A stretch of 64,000 nt of DNA from the NCBI GenBank assembly GCA_965206325.1, contig OZ242208.1, positions 294,326-358,325 of the forward strand. The letters run 5' to 3'. The DNA comes from Gammaproteobacteria bacterium (GTDB taxonomy: Bacteria > Pseudomonadota > Gammaproteobacteria > Tethybacterales > G965206325). Each line of letters opens with the position of its first letter. Within the stretch, counting starts at the first letter, position 1. Made by a program: the position numbers and the translations under genes. A model generated the notes under the pieces. It made no database searches, was not told the DNA's origin, and worked only from the letters and a program-made list of their open reading frames with translations. Positions 20,081 through 29,173 of this stretch are shown one piece after another.

Positions 20081-21595
20081 TTATTTGCGTTCCTTCTTGA
20101 TTTCCTGCTCGAGCAAGTGTAGCGAAGTTATTGTCGCTTTCTTGTCGGATTTCGGTAGTCTCTTGACAAGACTCTTCGCTCTTTCCAGCAGGGAATGCCA
20201 ATCATTGGTTCTGTGACGAAATTCCTCACGAGTCCAATTGATGTATGCACTTGCAAGATAAGTGTCACGATTGTCCTTGTCGCCCTTAAGTTGAGAGACG
20301 ACCTCCTTGTATGCATCTCTGCCCTCGGGTATTTTGCCTCTCCTGAAGTCAAGCAATCCTCGATTAGCGATAAGGCAAATCTTGGAAATCGGATCAAATT
20401 TGATAGTGCCGGATTTTGACAGCACTTCGCTGGCTTTTTCACACTTATCATCTCTTAAAAGAGAATACACGCGATTATTGAAGAGTGAATTATCTTGAGG
20501 GTATTTCTTCAACCCTTCCTCCGAGATTTTTCGGGCTTGTTTGAAATCCTCAAGCAGCTCGCAAGCGAGATACGACACTGCCTGATATGGTTTGAGAGCA
20601 AATGGTTGATCTTTTTTCCATGAAATGGCATTTTTCACCGCCGCGCGCCATTCTCCTTCATTAAAGAAATTGTTAAAGTTTGCCTCATGAGCATTCCTGT
20701 TCTCGCGCAAAATAGGGGATAGGTCATCAGCAAACCGCGCATTACTTTTTGCCCAAACAAGTTGGGCAATCGTGTTATCGTTTGGTGCTTTGGCTGATTT
20801 TCTGAAAAGCTGGTTCCCTTTTCTATGGCTACCACTTTTGCTTTCTAATGTTGCAATGCTCGCAGCCAACTCCGGTATGTGAGACAGGGGATAGCGATCA
20901 AGCATTTCAATCCCACGCTTGATAAATCGCGACGACTTTCCAAAGTGGTCAGAAGCGGCTATTTCTGTCGCTAAAAGCCATGGATTCCGGAGGATAATAT
21001 CCTTTTTTTTACGAAGGATATGGAGTCCGTATTTTTCTTGTTCAAGCGGTTTCTTCGGATCTGATATCCAAAACCTGACAGCGGCACGAATGATATGTCG
21101 GTCATAAGGTGCCAGTTGCAATGCCACTTTCATAGGGCGTTCTGCCTTTTTCCAAAGGCCATTTTGCGCATATAAAAGCGACAGATCCACCCAATAGTAA
21201 GGATTAAGTGGGAATCTGGCTAGGGATTTTCTGATTATCCCAATTTCTTTTGGAGGTAGAGATTCTTCCTCTATCCTATCGGAATCGCCCAATATTTTTT
21301 TGGAGGCACGGCGCACCAAGGGCGAAATGAAACGCCCCTCATTCAGGATAAAAGTGGCCGCATCTTTCGCCAACTCATGGTTCCCGTAAACGATGGCCGA
21401 CCCTATCAGATCCAGCGCAAAAGACAGTCCGCGATTCTCTCGCCATTCCTCGGCACGCTGTTCAAGGAATCTTTCATCAAAAACGATCGGGTTTTTGATT
21501 GCGTTGACCGGCTCCAGTTCCAGCGACTTAAGGGCGAATGTCACACTTCGCCAATAAGGGATTACTTTCCGATCCTGTGGTTCATTCGTAATCAT
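20081..21595 (-). CDS. alpha-helical (TPR-like) repeat protein of unknown function, downstream partner of the Ser/Thr kinase
   Basis: 504-aa ORF in a low-GC region, helical-repeat composition, 4-nt ATGA overlap with the upstream kinase gene; no recognisable catalytic motif. Confidence 0.5.
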   Translation of the reverse strand: MITNEPQDRKVIPYWRSVTFALKSLELEPVNAIKNPIVFDERFLEQRAEEWRENRGLSFALDLIGSAIVYGNHELAKDAATFILNEGRFISPLVRRASKKILGDSDRIEEESLPPKEIGIIRKSLARFPLNPYYWVDLSLLYAQNGLWKKAERPMKVALQLAPYDRHIIRAAVRFWISDPKKPLEQEKYGLHILRKKKDIILRNPWLLATEIAASDHFGKSSRFIKRGIEMLDRYPLSHIPELAASIATLESKSGSHRKGNQLFRKSAKAPNDNTIAQLVWAKSNARFADDLSPILRENRNAHEANFNNFFNEGEWRAAVKNAISWKKDQPFALKPYQAVSYLACELLEDFKQARKISEEGLKKYPQDNSLFNNRVYSLLRDDKCEKASEVLSKSGTIKFDPISKICLIANRGLLDFRRGKIPEGRDAYKEVVSQLKGDKDNRDTYLASAYINWTREEFRHRTNDWHSLLERAKSLVKRLPKSDKKATITSLHLLEQEIKKERK

Positions 21596-22653
21596 TCGAT
21601 CAATCTCCGCTCGAAAGATGTTGCAAGGCGATCAAAAATAGATTCGTAACGCCCGGCATCGAATTTCTTCAAATGCCTTTTATCACCCCGACGCTCCGGA
21701 TTGGGGTGACAGAGCTCTTTGACCAGCGAAATTAAATCACTAGCGGAGTTCCCCTGAACTGTTAATAAATCTTGTGGCGCCTTTTCCTCAAGGTTATCCA
21801 GAATGTCGCCGAACGCCATTTCCAGCCCTGGCAGAATTTCTTGAAAAGTCCCCTGCCATTGTTGGGGAGTTCGGTTGTATGGCAATTTTTGAAGCAATAA
21901 GGGCGTTGTCCCCTGTCCCATGAGCAAGAAAAGGGCCATGCTTCCGAGCAGATAGAAATCGATATCGAATTTTAGTGGAGCGTACCCGGATCGATATAGC
22001 ATCTCCGGCGGTTTATAAGCAGGATCGCCTGCTTCTTTCTCGGTTTTAACGAGAGGATGCTTTTTTCCGGTAATTTCGGCATGTCCCAAATCGCCGATTT
22101 TTATCGAGGTTACCGGATTTCCTCGATCCATAACAAGAATATTGGACGGCTTCATATCTCGATGAGAAATTAATTCTCGGTGCAGCTCTCTGATTCCGCC
22201 CGCAATTCGGTGGAGTGCTCTCATGCTGAGAGCGTTATCCCAAGTCGTATGCGGATCAACAGACCGGAGGTCGCCATCGGCCCTTTCGAACAAGATATAC
22301 GAGACATCGGGATATTGGAATCTCTCCTTTCTGAGAAGTCCATCCCCCATGATTTGGATGACTCTTTTCACTTGAGTGGATTGGCAGCTGCGCAGCAAGT
22401 CCACTTCGTAGTTAAACGCCGAAGTAACCTGTTCCATCTTGCGAGGAACGGAATCAAAATCATCAGGAATCCGGAAAATGGCGGCATAATCCAGCACTTT
22501 GACGAAGCATCGTGCATCGCCTTTCTCTGCGGCATAGCCAACAGAAAAAACGCCACCCGAACCGGTCGGCGGCATTTTTTGGGTTATTCGCCATCCATCC
22601 TTAAGGGTTTCCCCCAAAAGATGGTGGGCGGGGTGTTGAGTGATGCTTGTCAT
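21592..22653 (-). CDS. eukaryotic-like (Hanks-type) Ser/Thr protein kinase
   Basis: Gly-rich loop GSGGVFSV, VAIK-like FVKVL, HRDMKPSNIL catalytic loop, DLG (DFG-equivalent) and PPE motifs; low-GC region. Confidence 0.7.
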   Translation of the reverse strand: MTSITQHPAHHLLGETLKDGWRITQKMPPTGSGGVFSVGYAAEKGDARCFVKVLDYAAIFRIPDDFDSVPRKMEQVTSAFNYEVDLLRSCQSTQVKRVIQIMGDGLLRKERFQYPDVSYILFERADGDLRSVDPHTTWDNALSMRALHRIAGGIRELHRELISHRDMKPSNILVMDRGNPVTSIKIGDLGHAEITGKKHPLVKTEKEAGDPAYKPPEMLYRSGYAPLKFDIDFYLLGSMALFLLMGQGTTPLLLQKLPYNRTPQQWQGTFQEILPGLEMAFGDILDNLEEKAPQDLLTVQGNSASDLISLVKELCHPNPERRGDKRHLKKFDAGRYESIFDRLATSFERRLIE

Positions 22654-22930
22654 TTCAGAGAAATATAGCAGATAATTGTCAAGCAGTCAAATTTTCTGGA
22701 ATTTGGCGAATAAAACAGTCCGTTGCTGTTGTTTTTTTGTCACCTCGCCGGACGCGGATAATCGGGTTGCCTTTCCGCAAGCAGATCTTCCACGGTGAGG
22801 ATTTGAATCTTCGGCGGCGTGTCCGCCAAACCAGATTAAAACGCCCATCGCCGCCCTTTGGTTATTGACGGCGGTGACGAAATCGCGTAATTTGCCAACG
22901 CCCACTTACCGCAAATGGAAAGCGCAATAG

Positions 22931-23032
22931 GATTGTTCACACCCGGAATTGGGGATTACCCCAACGAGACCGAAAAATGAAAAAAGCACTCACCGGGATT
23001 GTTCACACCCGGAATTGGGGATTTACCCCAAC
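22931..23032. repeat. two 35/36-bp direct repeats (gattgttcacacccggaattggggatt(t)accccaac), each with a 6-bp hairpin ttgggg/ccccaa, separated by a 31-bp unique segment; begins 11 nt past the tnpB stop
   Basis: Exact repeat copies at 22931-22965 and 22997-23032, read directly from the sequence. CRISPR-like repeat-spacer-repeat or IS right-end / omega-RNA region. Confidence 0.5.
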
Positions 23033-23042
23033 CCGACCGCGT

Positions 23043-24398
23043 CTAAGTATTACTCAGGGCGGGTGATTCGCGCTTCACAGGCCGGGCAACCCCGCCACCA
23101 TCTCTGCGCGCAACCGCTTTGGATTTCTCCAATGCGGCATCGACCAATCCGGCCGTTAAAATGTTCACCGCCGCGTTAACATCCGCGTCGGCTTCATAAC
23201 CGCAGGCAACGCACTTAAATGCCTCGCGTTTGCGGTTTTCCGCCGCGACCATCCCGCATTTAGGACAAGTCCGGCTGGTGTTCTTGGGATCGACGAGTTT
23301 GACTTTCCCGCCGCGCTCTTCTACTTTGTAGATAATCATCGTCCGCAGCATTCCCAATCCGGCGGCAAGCAGCGCGCGATTCAGCGCGGCTTTGGTGCGG
23401 ACATTCCTGCCCGGATTATCGGCGTCGCCTTTCGCCGACGCCGTCATATTCAAAAGTTTCAAATCCTCCATCGCGATAAAGCCGTGCTTGACAGCGACGG
23501 CTTTGCTCAAATGATGCAAAGCATTATGGCGGCAGTCGCGAATCTTGTGCGACGCTTTCGCATGACGCTGCTGCGCGATTTCATAGCGGCGGCTGTATCG
23601 CGGCTTGCGCTTTTTCCACGACTTGCCTTCGTTTTGCTGTGCGCGCAATTCTTTGAGTCGCTTTTCGGCTTGGCCTCGCGTTTCGCTTTTGCCGTCCCAG
23701 CCGACTTCGCGGCGCAATGCGGCTTCGCGCTTGCGCGCCATCGCCCTTTCATACCGACGCTTGCGGGCGGCGTGGCGCTTTTGATTCCGCTCGGCGTAAT
23801 GCTGCGAAATGCGATACAAAGTGCCGTCGCTCGCCGCCGCCGTTTTCTTAATGCCGACATCCAAACCGACCGGCTCGCCGTTATGCATCGGCGCATCCTT
23901 TTCAAAAGTAAAAGGAATGCAGACAAACCAGCGGTCGCCATCGCGAGTGACATTCACCGTCCCCTGCTTGCCATCGGGCAAAGGAAGATGCATTCGCATT
24001 CGGACGAGTCCGATATTCGGCAGGCGAATGCGATTGTTATAAATCGGGCATTTGCCCGCATCAACGCGGAAGTAATCCGGCGTAATGCCTTTTGCGGAAA
24101 AGCGGGGGAATCCTTTCTGTCCTTTGAAAGCGGCGACAAAATCGCCGTTCAATGCGCGGGCGGCTTGCCCTTGCGCGTCCGCGGATACCGCGCAAAACCA
24201 ATTGATATTGCCGCGCAATTCCGTCCGCATTTGATAGCCGCGTTTGCGGTCGTATTTTTCGCCCGCCTCAAACCGCGTTTTATTGTCGGCGATTAATTGA
24301 TTGCGAAACCATCGGCAAGCCCCCGCCGTGCGGGCCAGCCGACGCCGCTCGCCAACTCGCGGCATCAGCGGAAATTTATAAGTGCGGGTGATTTCCAT
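23043..24398 (-). CDS. tnpB: TnpB (IS605 OrfB family RuvC-like RNA-guided nuclease)
   Basis: RuvC-I GLDVGIK, RuvC-II IAMEDLK, zinc finger CPKCG...CVACG, RuvC-III DADVNAAVNI; 451 aa with a basic insertion. Confidence 0.85.
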   Translation of the reverse strand: MEITRTYKFPLMPRVGERRRLARTAGACRWFRNQLIADNKTRFEAGEKYDRKRGYQMRTELRGNINWFCAVSADAQGQAARALNGDFVAAFKGQKGFPRFSAKGITPDYFRVDAGKCPIYNNRIRLPNIGLVRMRMHLPLPDGKQGTVNVTRDGDRWFVCIPFTFEKDAPMHNGEPVGLDVGIKKTAAASDGTLYRISQHYAERNQKRHAARKRRYERAMARKREAALRREVGWDGKSETRGQAEKRLKELRAQQNEGKSWKKRKPRYSRRYEIAQQRHAKASHKIRDCRHNALHHLSKAVAVKHGFIAMEDLKLLNMTASAKGDADNPGRNVRTKAALNRALLAAGLGMLRTMIIYKVEERGGKVKLVDPKNTSRTCPKCGMVAAENRKREAFKCVACGYEADADVNAAVNILTAGLVDAALEKSKAVARRDGGGVARPVKRESPALSNT

Positions 24399-24407
24399 TT
24401 CGCGGAT

Positions 24408-24436
24408 ATTATAACCTCCTGTTTTTAATTTGTCAA
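24408..24436 (-). promoter_or_regulatory. consensus sigma70 promoter of tnpB (TTGACA - 17 nt - TATAAT), leaderless-like 14-nt spacing to the ATG
   Basis: Reverse complement of 24408-24436 reads ttgacaaattaaaaacaggaggttataat. Confidence 0.5.
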
Positions 24437-24442
24437 GGGAGG

Positions 24443-25231
24443 TTATTCTTCGCGGTGTTCAATTTTATTCTCGGCGAGATAATTTTCGCATTCGCCCAAG
24501 GCGGCGGCGACGCGGGAAGAATCCGGCGAAGTGAAAACCAAAGAACAAAAAAAGCGTCCGCCCTCCGCTCTAATATCTCCCCCACCGCCAATACCCCCCC
24601 CCCCCTCGCTGCCCGGATAACTGCCAATCTCCACATCATCATAGCGGCTCTGCAAATCAAAAAGAAATTCGGCGACGACGCTTTCCCCCGCATAAACGCG
24701 CACCGACCGCGAAAGAGAAGGCATCCCCCCCCCCAAAGACGGCGCGACAGTTTCCGCCATCGCGCGAAAAATTGCCGGCACGCCCGCCATTACAAAAACA
24801 TTTCCAATGCGATACCCCGGCGCGCCGGATATGCGATTGTCAATTAGCGTCGCCCCCTTCGGCAGCCTTGCCATTCTGATTCGCGACGGCGTTAATTCTT
24901 CGCCGCGCGGCGCGTAGAATCGGCGCAAACACTCGGCTGCACGAGGATCGACGGACGCCGTCACGCCGAATGCGGCGGCGACGGAATCGGTTGTAATGTC
25001 GTCGTGAGTCGGGCCGATGCCGCCGCTGGTAAAGACAAAATCCGCGCGCGCGCGCAATTGGTTTATGGCATCAACTATCGCCGATTGTTCGTCGCGGACG
25101 ACCCGCACTTCGGTTAATCGCACCCCCCCCCCTGTTAGAATTTGCGCCAGACAATGCAGATTGCATTCGGCGGTTCGCCCCGACAAAATTTCATTGCCGA
25201 TAATTAACAGCGCGGCGGTCGGATTTTTCAT
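24443..25231 (-). CDS. CinA-like molybdopterin-binding (MoCF biosynthesis domain) protein
   Basis: LLIIGNEILSGRT...FTSGGIGPTHDD motifs of the CinA N-terminal domain. Confidence 0.75.
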   Translation of the reverse strand: MKNPTAALLIIGNEILSGRTAECNLHCLAQILTGGGVRLTEVRVVRDEQSAIVDAINQLRARADFVFTSGGIGPTHDDITTDSVAAAFGVTASVDPRAAECLRRFYAPRGEELTPSRIRMARLPKGATLIDNRISGAPGYRIGNVFVMAGVPAIFRAMAETVAPSLGGGMPSLSRSVRVYAGESVVAEFLFDLQSRYDDVEIGSYPGSEGGGGIGGGGDIRAEGGRFFCSLVFTSPDSSRVAAALGECENYLAENKIEHREE

Positions 25232-25263
25232 TATAAGATTCCTTGCCGACTTAAATTCGCCGC

Positions 25264-26154
25264 CTATTCCTCCGCCTGAAGAATTTTGAAGACGGCGGAG
25301 GAATCCAGATCCCCCCCCCCTCCTTCTATTAATTTGTCAAGGCGATGCAGAAAGATTTCCGCGCCCGGCAGGGGGGCGGAAAATTGTTCGGCGTTTTCCA
25401 ATGCGATTTTCATATCCTTGCGATGCAAAGCGGCTTTGAATCCGGGGGCGTAATCGCCGGAAAGCATTCGCGCCGCATGAATTTCCATCACCTTGCTGGC
25501 GGCGAATCCGCCCATTAATGCTTGGCGGACGCGCGCCGCATCAACGCCGTTTTTCTGCGCGAGGCGAAACGCTTCGGCGATTCCTTCTATGGTCGCGCCG
25601 ATGACAATTTGATTGCACGCTTTCGCCGTTTGTCCGGCGCCGCTTTCGCCGACAAGCGTGACGGTCTTTCCCATTGCATTAAACAAAGGAAGCGCGCGCG
25701 CAAATGCTTCTGCATTGCCGCCGACCATAAAAGAAAGCGCGCCTTCTATCGCGCCTTTTTCGCCGCCGGAAACAGGAGCGTCAAGGAGTTCAATTTTTTT
25801 TTCGGCGAGAGTCGCAGCCATTTGGCGGGTCGCCGCCGGGGAAATTGTGCTCATATCGGCGACGATCGCTCCTTCTTTTGCGCCGTGAATGACGCCGTTG
25901 CCGCCGAGCAGAATCTCCTTCACATCAGGCGTGTCCGAAACATTAGTGAAGATGAATTCGCATTGGCGGGCGAGGTCGGCCGGAGTCGCCGACGCCTGCG
26001 CGCCCTGCGAAATTAAAGATGCGGCCTGCTCCGGTCGGCGCGCAAAAACAATCAGCGGATAGCCCGCGCGCAGAAGATTCGCCGCCGCCGGCTTTCCCAT
26101 AATGCCGAGCCCGATATAGCCGACAGTCGGCTTTTTATTTTCCGTCATCATCAT
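25264..26154 (-). CDS. NAD(P)-dependent 3-hydroxyisobutyrate / 2-hydroxy-3-oxopropionate reductase family dehydrogenase
   Basis: GYIGLGIMG Rossmann motif and the 6-phosphogluconate-DH-like NAD-binding fold pattern. Confidence 0.8.
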   Translation of the reverse strand: MMMTENKKPTVGYIGLGIMGKPAAANLLRAGYPLIVFARRPEQAASLISQGAQASATPADLARQCEFIFTNVSDTPDVKEILLGGNGVIHGAKEGAIVADMSTISPAATRQMAATLAEKKIELLDAPVSGGEKGAIEGALSFMVGGNAEAFARALPLFNAMGKTVTLVGESGAGQTAKACNQIVIGATIEGIAEAFRLAQKNGVDAARVRQALMGGFAASKVMEIHAARMLSGDYAPGFKAALHRKDMKIALENAEQFSAPLPGAEIFLHRLDKLIEGGGGDLDSSAVFKILQAEE

Positions 26155-27308
26155 TCCTTTGAATTGCGAATGCGCGATTGTAGCGCATTTTTTGCGGCGG
26201 GATATCGGGAGAATTTGTGGCTGTCGCCAATCACTAAATCCCGATATTTGCGATGAATGAAAAGGACTTCGCGGCCGGCTTTAATTTCTTCCAAGACGCC
26301 GATGGCGCGCAATTCGCGCAGATATTTTGCCGCAGTAATGCGCGAGCATTTCAAAGTTTGCATTAAATTTCGAATGCGGCAGTAGGGCTGCATAAAAATG
26401 CAGTTGGCGATGGATTCCGAAGTCGACGGCGGCCAAGAATGCCGGCGAATATGCTCGGCGGTGTGCGACATTAAATTGCAGACCGCGTCAATGCGGGCAA
26501 TCATCCATCTTGATGTTTTTTCAATTGCGTCCAGCATGTAGAGAATCCAAGGTTCCCATTCGGCGCGGCGGGTGACGCCGTCCAAGAGTTTGTAATACTT
26601 TTCGCGGTAATTCAAAATGTGCCGGCTGAGATACAAAATCGGAATGTCAAGCAGTCCGCGCTCCATCAAATGCAGAATGTTGAGGATGCGCCCCGTGCGG
26701 CCGTTGCCGTCGGCGAAGGGATGAATGGCTTCAAATTGATAATGCGCGACCGCCATTCGCACAAGCGGATCAAGGGCGGGCTTGTCGGCGTGAATGAATC
26801 GCTCCCAGTTATCCAGAAGGTCAAGGAGCAATTTTTCGCCCTGCGGCGGCGTGTAGATGGGGCGTCCGTTTTTTCCCTGCAGGAATGTCCCCGGAATTCG
26901 GCGGACGGACATTGGCGCGCCTTTGATGATTTGGCATATTTCAATCGCCGTTTTTTTGCTTTGCGGATGGCCGCCGCGAATCAAATCGTGTCCGCGCCGC
27001 AGGGCGGTGCGATAGCGCAGCGCTTCTTTGGTGGCGGGATCGGTTTTGGAATCGTCCTCGCCGGAGTGGCGAAAAAGCGAATCGGCGGTGGTGACGATGT
27101 TTTCAATTTCAGAACTGGCCTGCGCTTCCAGCAGCGGAATTGTGTTAATCAGAACCGTCTGGTCGGGCAGGCGTCGTCCGGCCTGTTTTAATTCGCCCAA
27201 GGCGGCGCGGGCGGCGATGCATTTTTTCAGCACGGCGACGGTTTCCAGCGGCTTGCGCGGCGGCAGGAGCGGGAGATCGTCGTAGGGCTTGCGGGGATTC
27301 ATTCGCAT
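26151..27308 (-). CDS. fic: Fic family adenylyltransferase with N-terminal inhibitory helix and C-terminal winged HTH
   Basis: Fic motif HPFADGNGRTGR, inhibitory motif SSEIEN, C-terminal HTH-like region. Confidence 0.85.
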   Translation of the reverse strand: MRMNPRKPYDDLPLLPPRKPLETVAVLKKCIAARAALGELKQAGRRLPDQTVLINTIPLLEAQASSEIENIVTTADSLFRHSGEDDSKTDPATKEALRYRTALRRGHDLIRGGHPQSKKTAIEICQIIKGAPMSVRRIPGTFLQGKNGRPIYTPPQGEKLLLDLLDNWERFIHADKPALDPLVRMAVAHYQFEAIHPFADGNGRTGRILNILHLMERGLLDIPILYLSRHILNYREKYYKLLDGVTRRAEWEPWILYMLDAIEKTSRWMIARIDAVCNLMSHTAEHIRRHSWPPSTSESIANCIFMQPYCRIRNLMQTLKCSRITAAKYLRELRAIGVLEEIKAGREVLFIHRKYRDLVIGDSHKFSRYPAAKNALQSRIRNSKE

Positions 27309-27330
27309 CGCTGCGGTGCATTGTAGCGCA

Positions 27331-27435
27331 ATATGTATAAAATTTCCAATTTTTTATACATATCTCAGCAATATGTATACGCGCTATACACATTGGAAAA
27401 ATATGTATAAAAAACGCCGAATTTTATACATATCA
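27331..27435. promoter_or_regulatory. array of three palindromic operators sharing ATATGTATA(AAA) half-sites, in the fic / proS divergent intergenic region
   Basis: atatgtataaaa-N9-ttttatacatat at 27331-27363 and 27401-27435, and a shorter atatgtatacgcgctatacacat at 27371-27393; AT-rich island. Confidence 0.45.
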
Positions 27436-27466
27436 TTTTGCCGCTTAAATGCCGTAAAATCCGACC

Positions 27467-29173
27467 ATGCGCGCGAGCCGCCTTTTTCTGCACACCGCCA
27501 AGGAAACCCCCGCCGACGCCGAATTAGCGAGCCATCGGCTGATGCTGCGCGCCGGCATGATTCGCCGACAAGCCAGCGGAATTTATTCGTGGCTGCCGCT
27601 CGGCTGGCGGGTCGTCGCTAAAATTGAGCGCATCGTCCGCGAAGAAATGGACGCCGCCGGCGCCGCCGAAATGTTTATGCCCGCCGTCCAGCCCGCCGAA
27701 TTATGGCGCGAATCCGGCCGCTGGACTCAATACGGACCCGAACTCCTGCGATTCCAAGACCGCCATCGCCGCGACTTCTGCATGGGTCCGACCCACGAAG
27801 AAATTGTCACCGAAATCGTCCGCTCCTGCATTACCAGTTACCGCCAACTGCCGGTGAACTTGTATCAAATTCAAACAAAATTCCGCGATGAAATTCGCCC
27901 CCGCTTCGGCGTTATGCGCGCCCGCGAATTCATTATGAAAGACGCCTACTCCTTTGACGCCGACCAAGAAGGAATGCGCGAAAGTTATCGCATTATGCGC
28001 GACGCCTACCGCCGAATCTTCGACCGCATCGGCCTTCGATACCGAATGGTGGAAGCGGAAAGCGGAACCATCGGCGGCAGCCATTCGCACGAATTTTTAG
28101 TGCTGGCGGAATCCGGCGAAGAAGTCATCGCTTATTGCGACGAAGACAACTACGCCGCCAACATTGAACGCGCCGCCTGCCTTCCCGTTGATGCCTCCCC
28201 CCCCCCCCCCTCTGAGGAAATGAAAAAGATACATACGCCCGGCGTCCGCACAATTGATGCGCTGGATAAATTTCTCGGCGGACTCGCGCCGGAAAAATCA
28301 ATAAAGACGATGATTGTCAAAGGCGATTCCGGCGTCGCCGCCATTCTTTTGCAGGGAGGCCATACCCTTAATTTAATTAAAGCCGCAAAGATTCCGCAGA
28401 TTGGAGATAATCCTCAATTCGCATCGCCGGACGAATCCAAGCAACTTGTCGGCGCGGGATTTGGTTCGCTTGGCCCGGTGAATATGCCGCTGCCTGTCGT
28501 CGCCGATTACGGACTCGCCGCCGTTTCCGATTTTGTCTGCGGCGCAAATGAAGACGACCATCATTTTACCGGAGTCAACTTCGGACGCGATTGTCCCCCC
28601 CCTCCCTTCGCTGATTTGCGCAACGCCGAATCCGGCGACCCTTCGCCGAAAGGGGGGGGGGTATTATCCATTTGCAAAGGAATTGAAGTCGGGCATATCT
28701 TTCAATTAGGCGATAAATATTCGCGCGCGATGAATGCCCAAGTCGCTCTTAAAGAAGGCGGCAGCCGTCCTATTATGATGGGCTGCTACGGCATCGGCAT
28801 AACGCGAATCGCCGCCGCCGCCATTGAGCAGGGACACGATGAATCCGGCGTTATCTTTCCCGATGCCATCGCCCCTTTCACCGCCGCCGTTTTGCCGATA
28901 GGATTCGCAAAAAAAGAAGTGCGCGAAGCGGCGGAAAAACTTTACCAAGAATTATGCGATGCCGGAATTGACGCCCTGCTTGACGACCGCGATCTTCGCC
29001 CCGGCGTAATGTTTTCGGAGGCGGATTTGGCGGGCATTCCGCATCGTTTAGTTGTCGGCGAGCGAGTCATTAAAAACAATCAAGCCGAATATAAAAGGCG
29101 CGGCGAAAAAGAATCGCAAAACATTCCGCTGGATAATGCGGCGGATTTTGTCGCAACCAAAATTCAAAAATGA
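27467..29173 (+). CDS. proS: prolyl-tRNA synthetase
   Basis: Class II aaRS motifs, GIEVGHIFQLG, 568 aa with editing domain. Confidence 0.95.
   Translation: MRASRLFLHTAKETPADAELASHRLMLRAGMIRRQASGIYSWLPLGWRVVAKIERIVREEMDAAGAAEMFMPAVQPAELWRESGRWTQYGPELLRFQDRHRRDFCMGPTHEEIVTEIVRSCITSYRQLPVNLYQIQTKFRDEIRPRFGVMRAREFIMKDAYSFDADQEGMRESYRIMRDAYRRIFDRIGLRYRMVEAESGTIGGSHSHEFLVLAESGEEVIAYCDEDNYAANIERAACLPVDASPPPPSEEMKKIHTPGVRTIDALDKFLGGLAPEKSIKTMIVKGDSGVAAILLQGGHTLNLIKAAKIPQIGDNPQFASPDESKQLVGAGFGSLGPVNMPLPVVADYGLAAVSDFVCGANEDDHHFTGVNFGRDCPPPPFADLRNAESGDPSPKGGGVLSICKGIEVGHIFQLGDKYSRAMNAQVALKEGGSRPIMMGCYGIGITRIAAAAIEQGHDESGVIFPDAIAPFTAAVLPIGFAKKEVREAAEKLYQELCDAGIDALLDDRDLRPGVMFSEADLAGIPHRLVVGERVIKNNQAEYKRRGEKESQNIPLDNAADFVATKIQK

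Larger units (their letters stand above)
22931..24440 (-). mobile_element. IS200/IS605-family TnpB-only (IS1341-like) element
   Basis: Left-end hairpin taacctcc...ggaggtta overlapping the promoter upstream of tnpB, repeat-bearing right end, and a truncated second copy of the left end at 56191-56241. Confidence 0.55.

Noticed and set aside
22931-23032. Calling the two repeats a bona fide CRISPR array
   Set aside because: Only two repeats, no cas1/cas2 or other adaptation genes. Kept as a CRISPR-like or omega-RNA-associated feature rather than typed as CRISPR.
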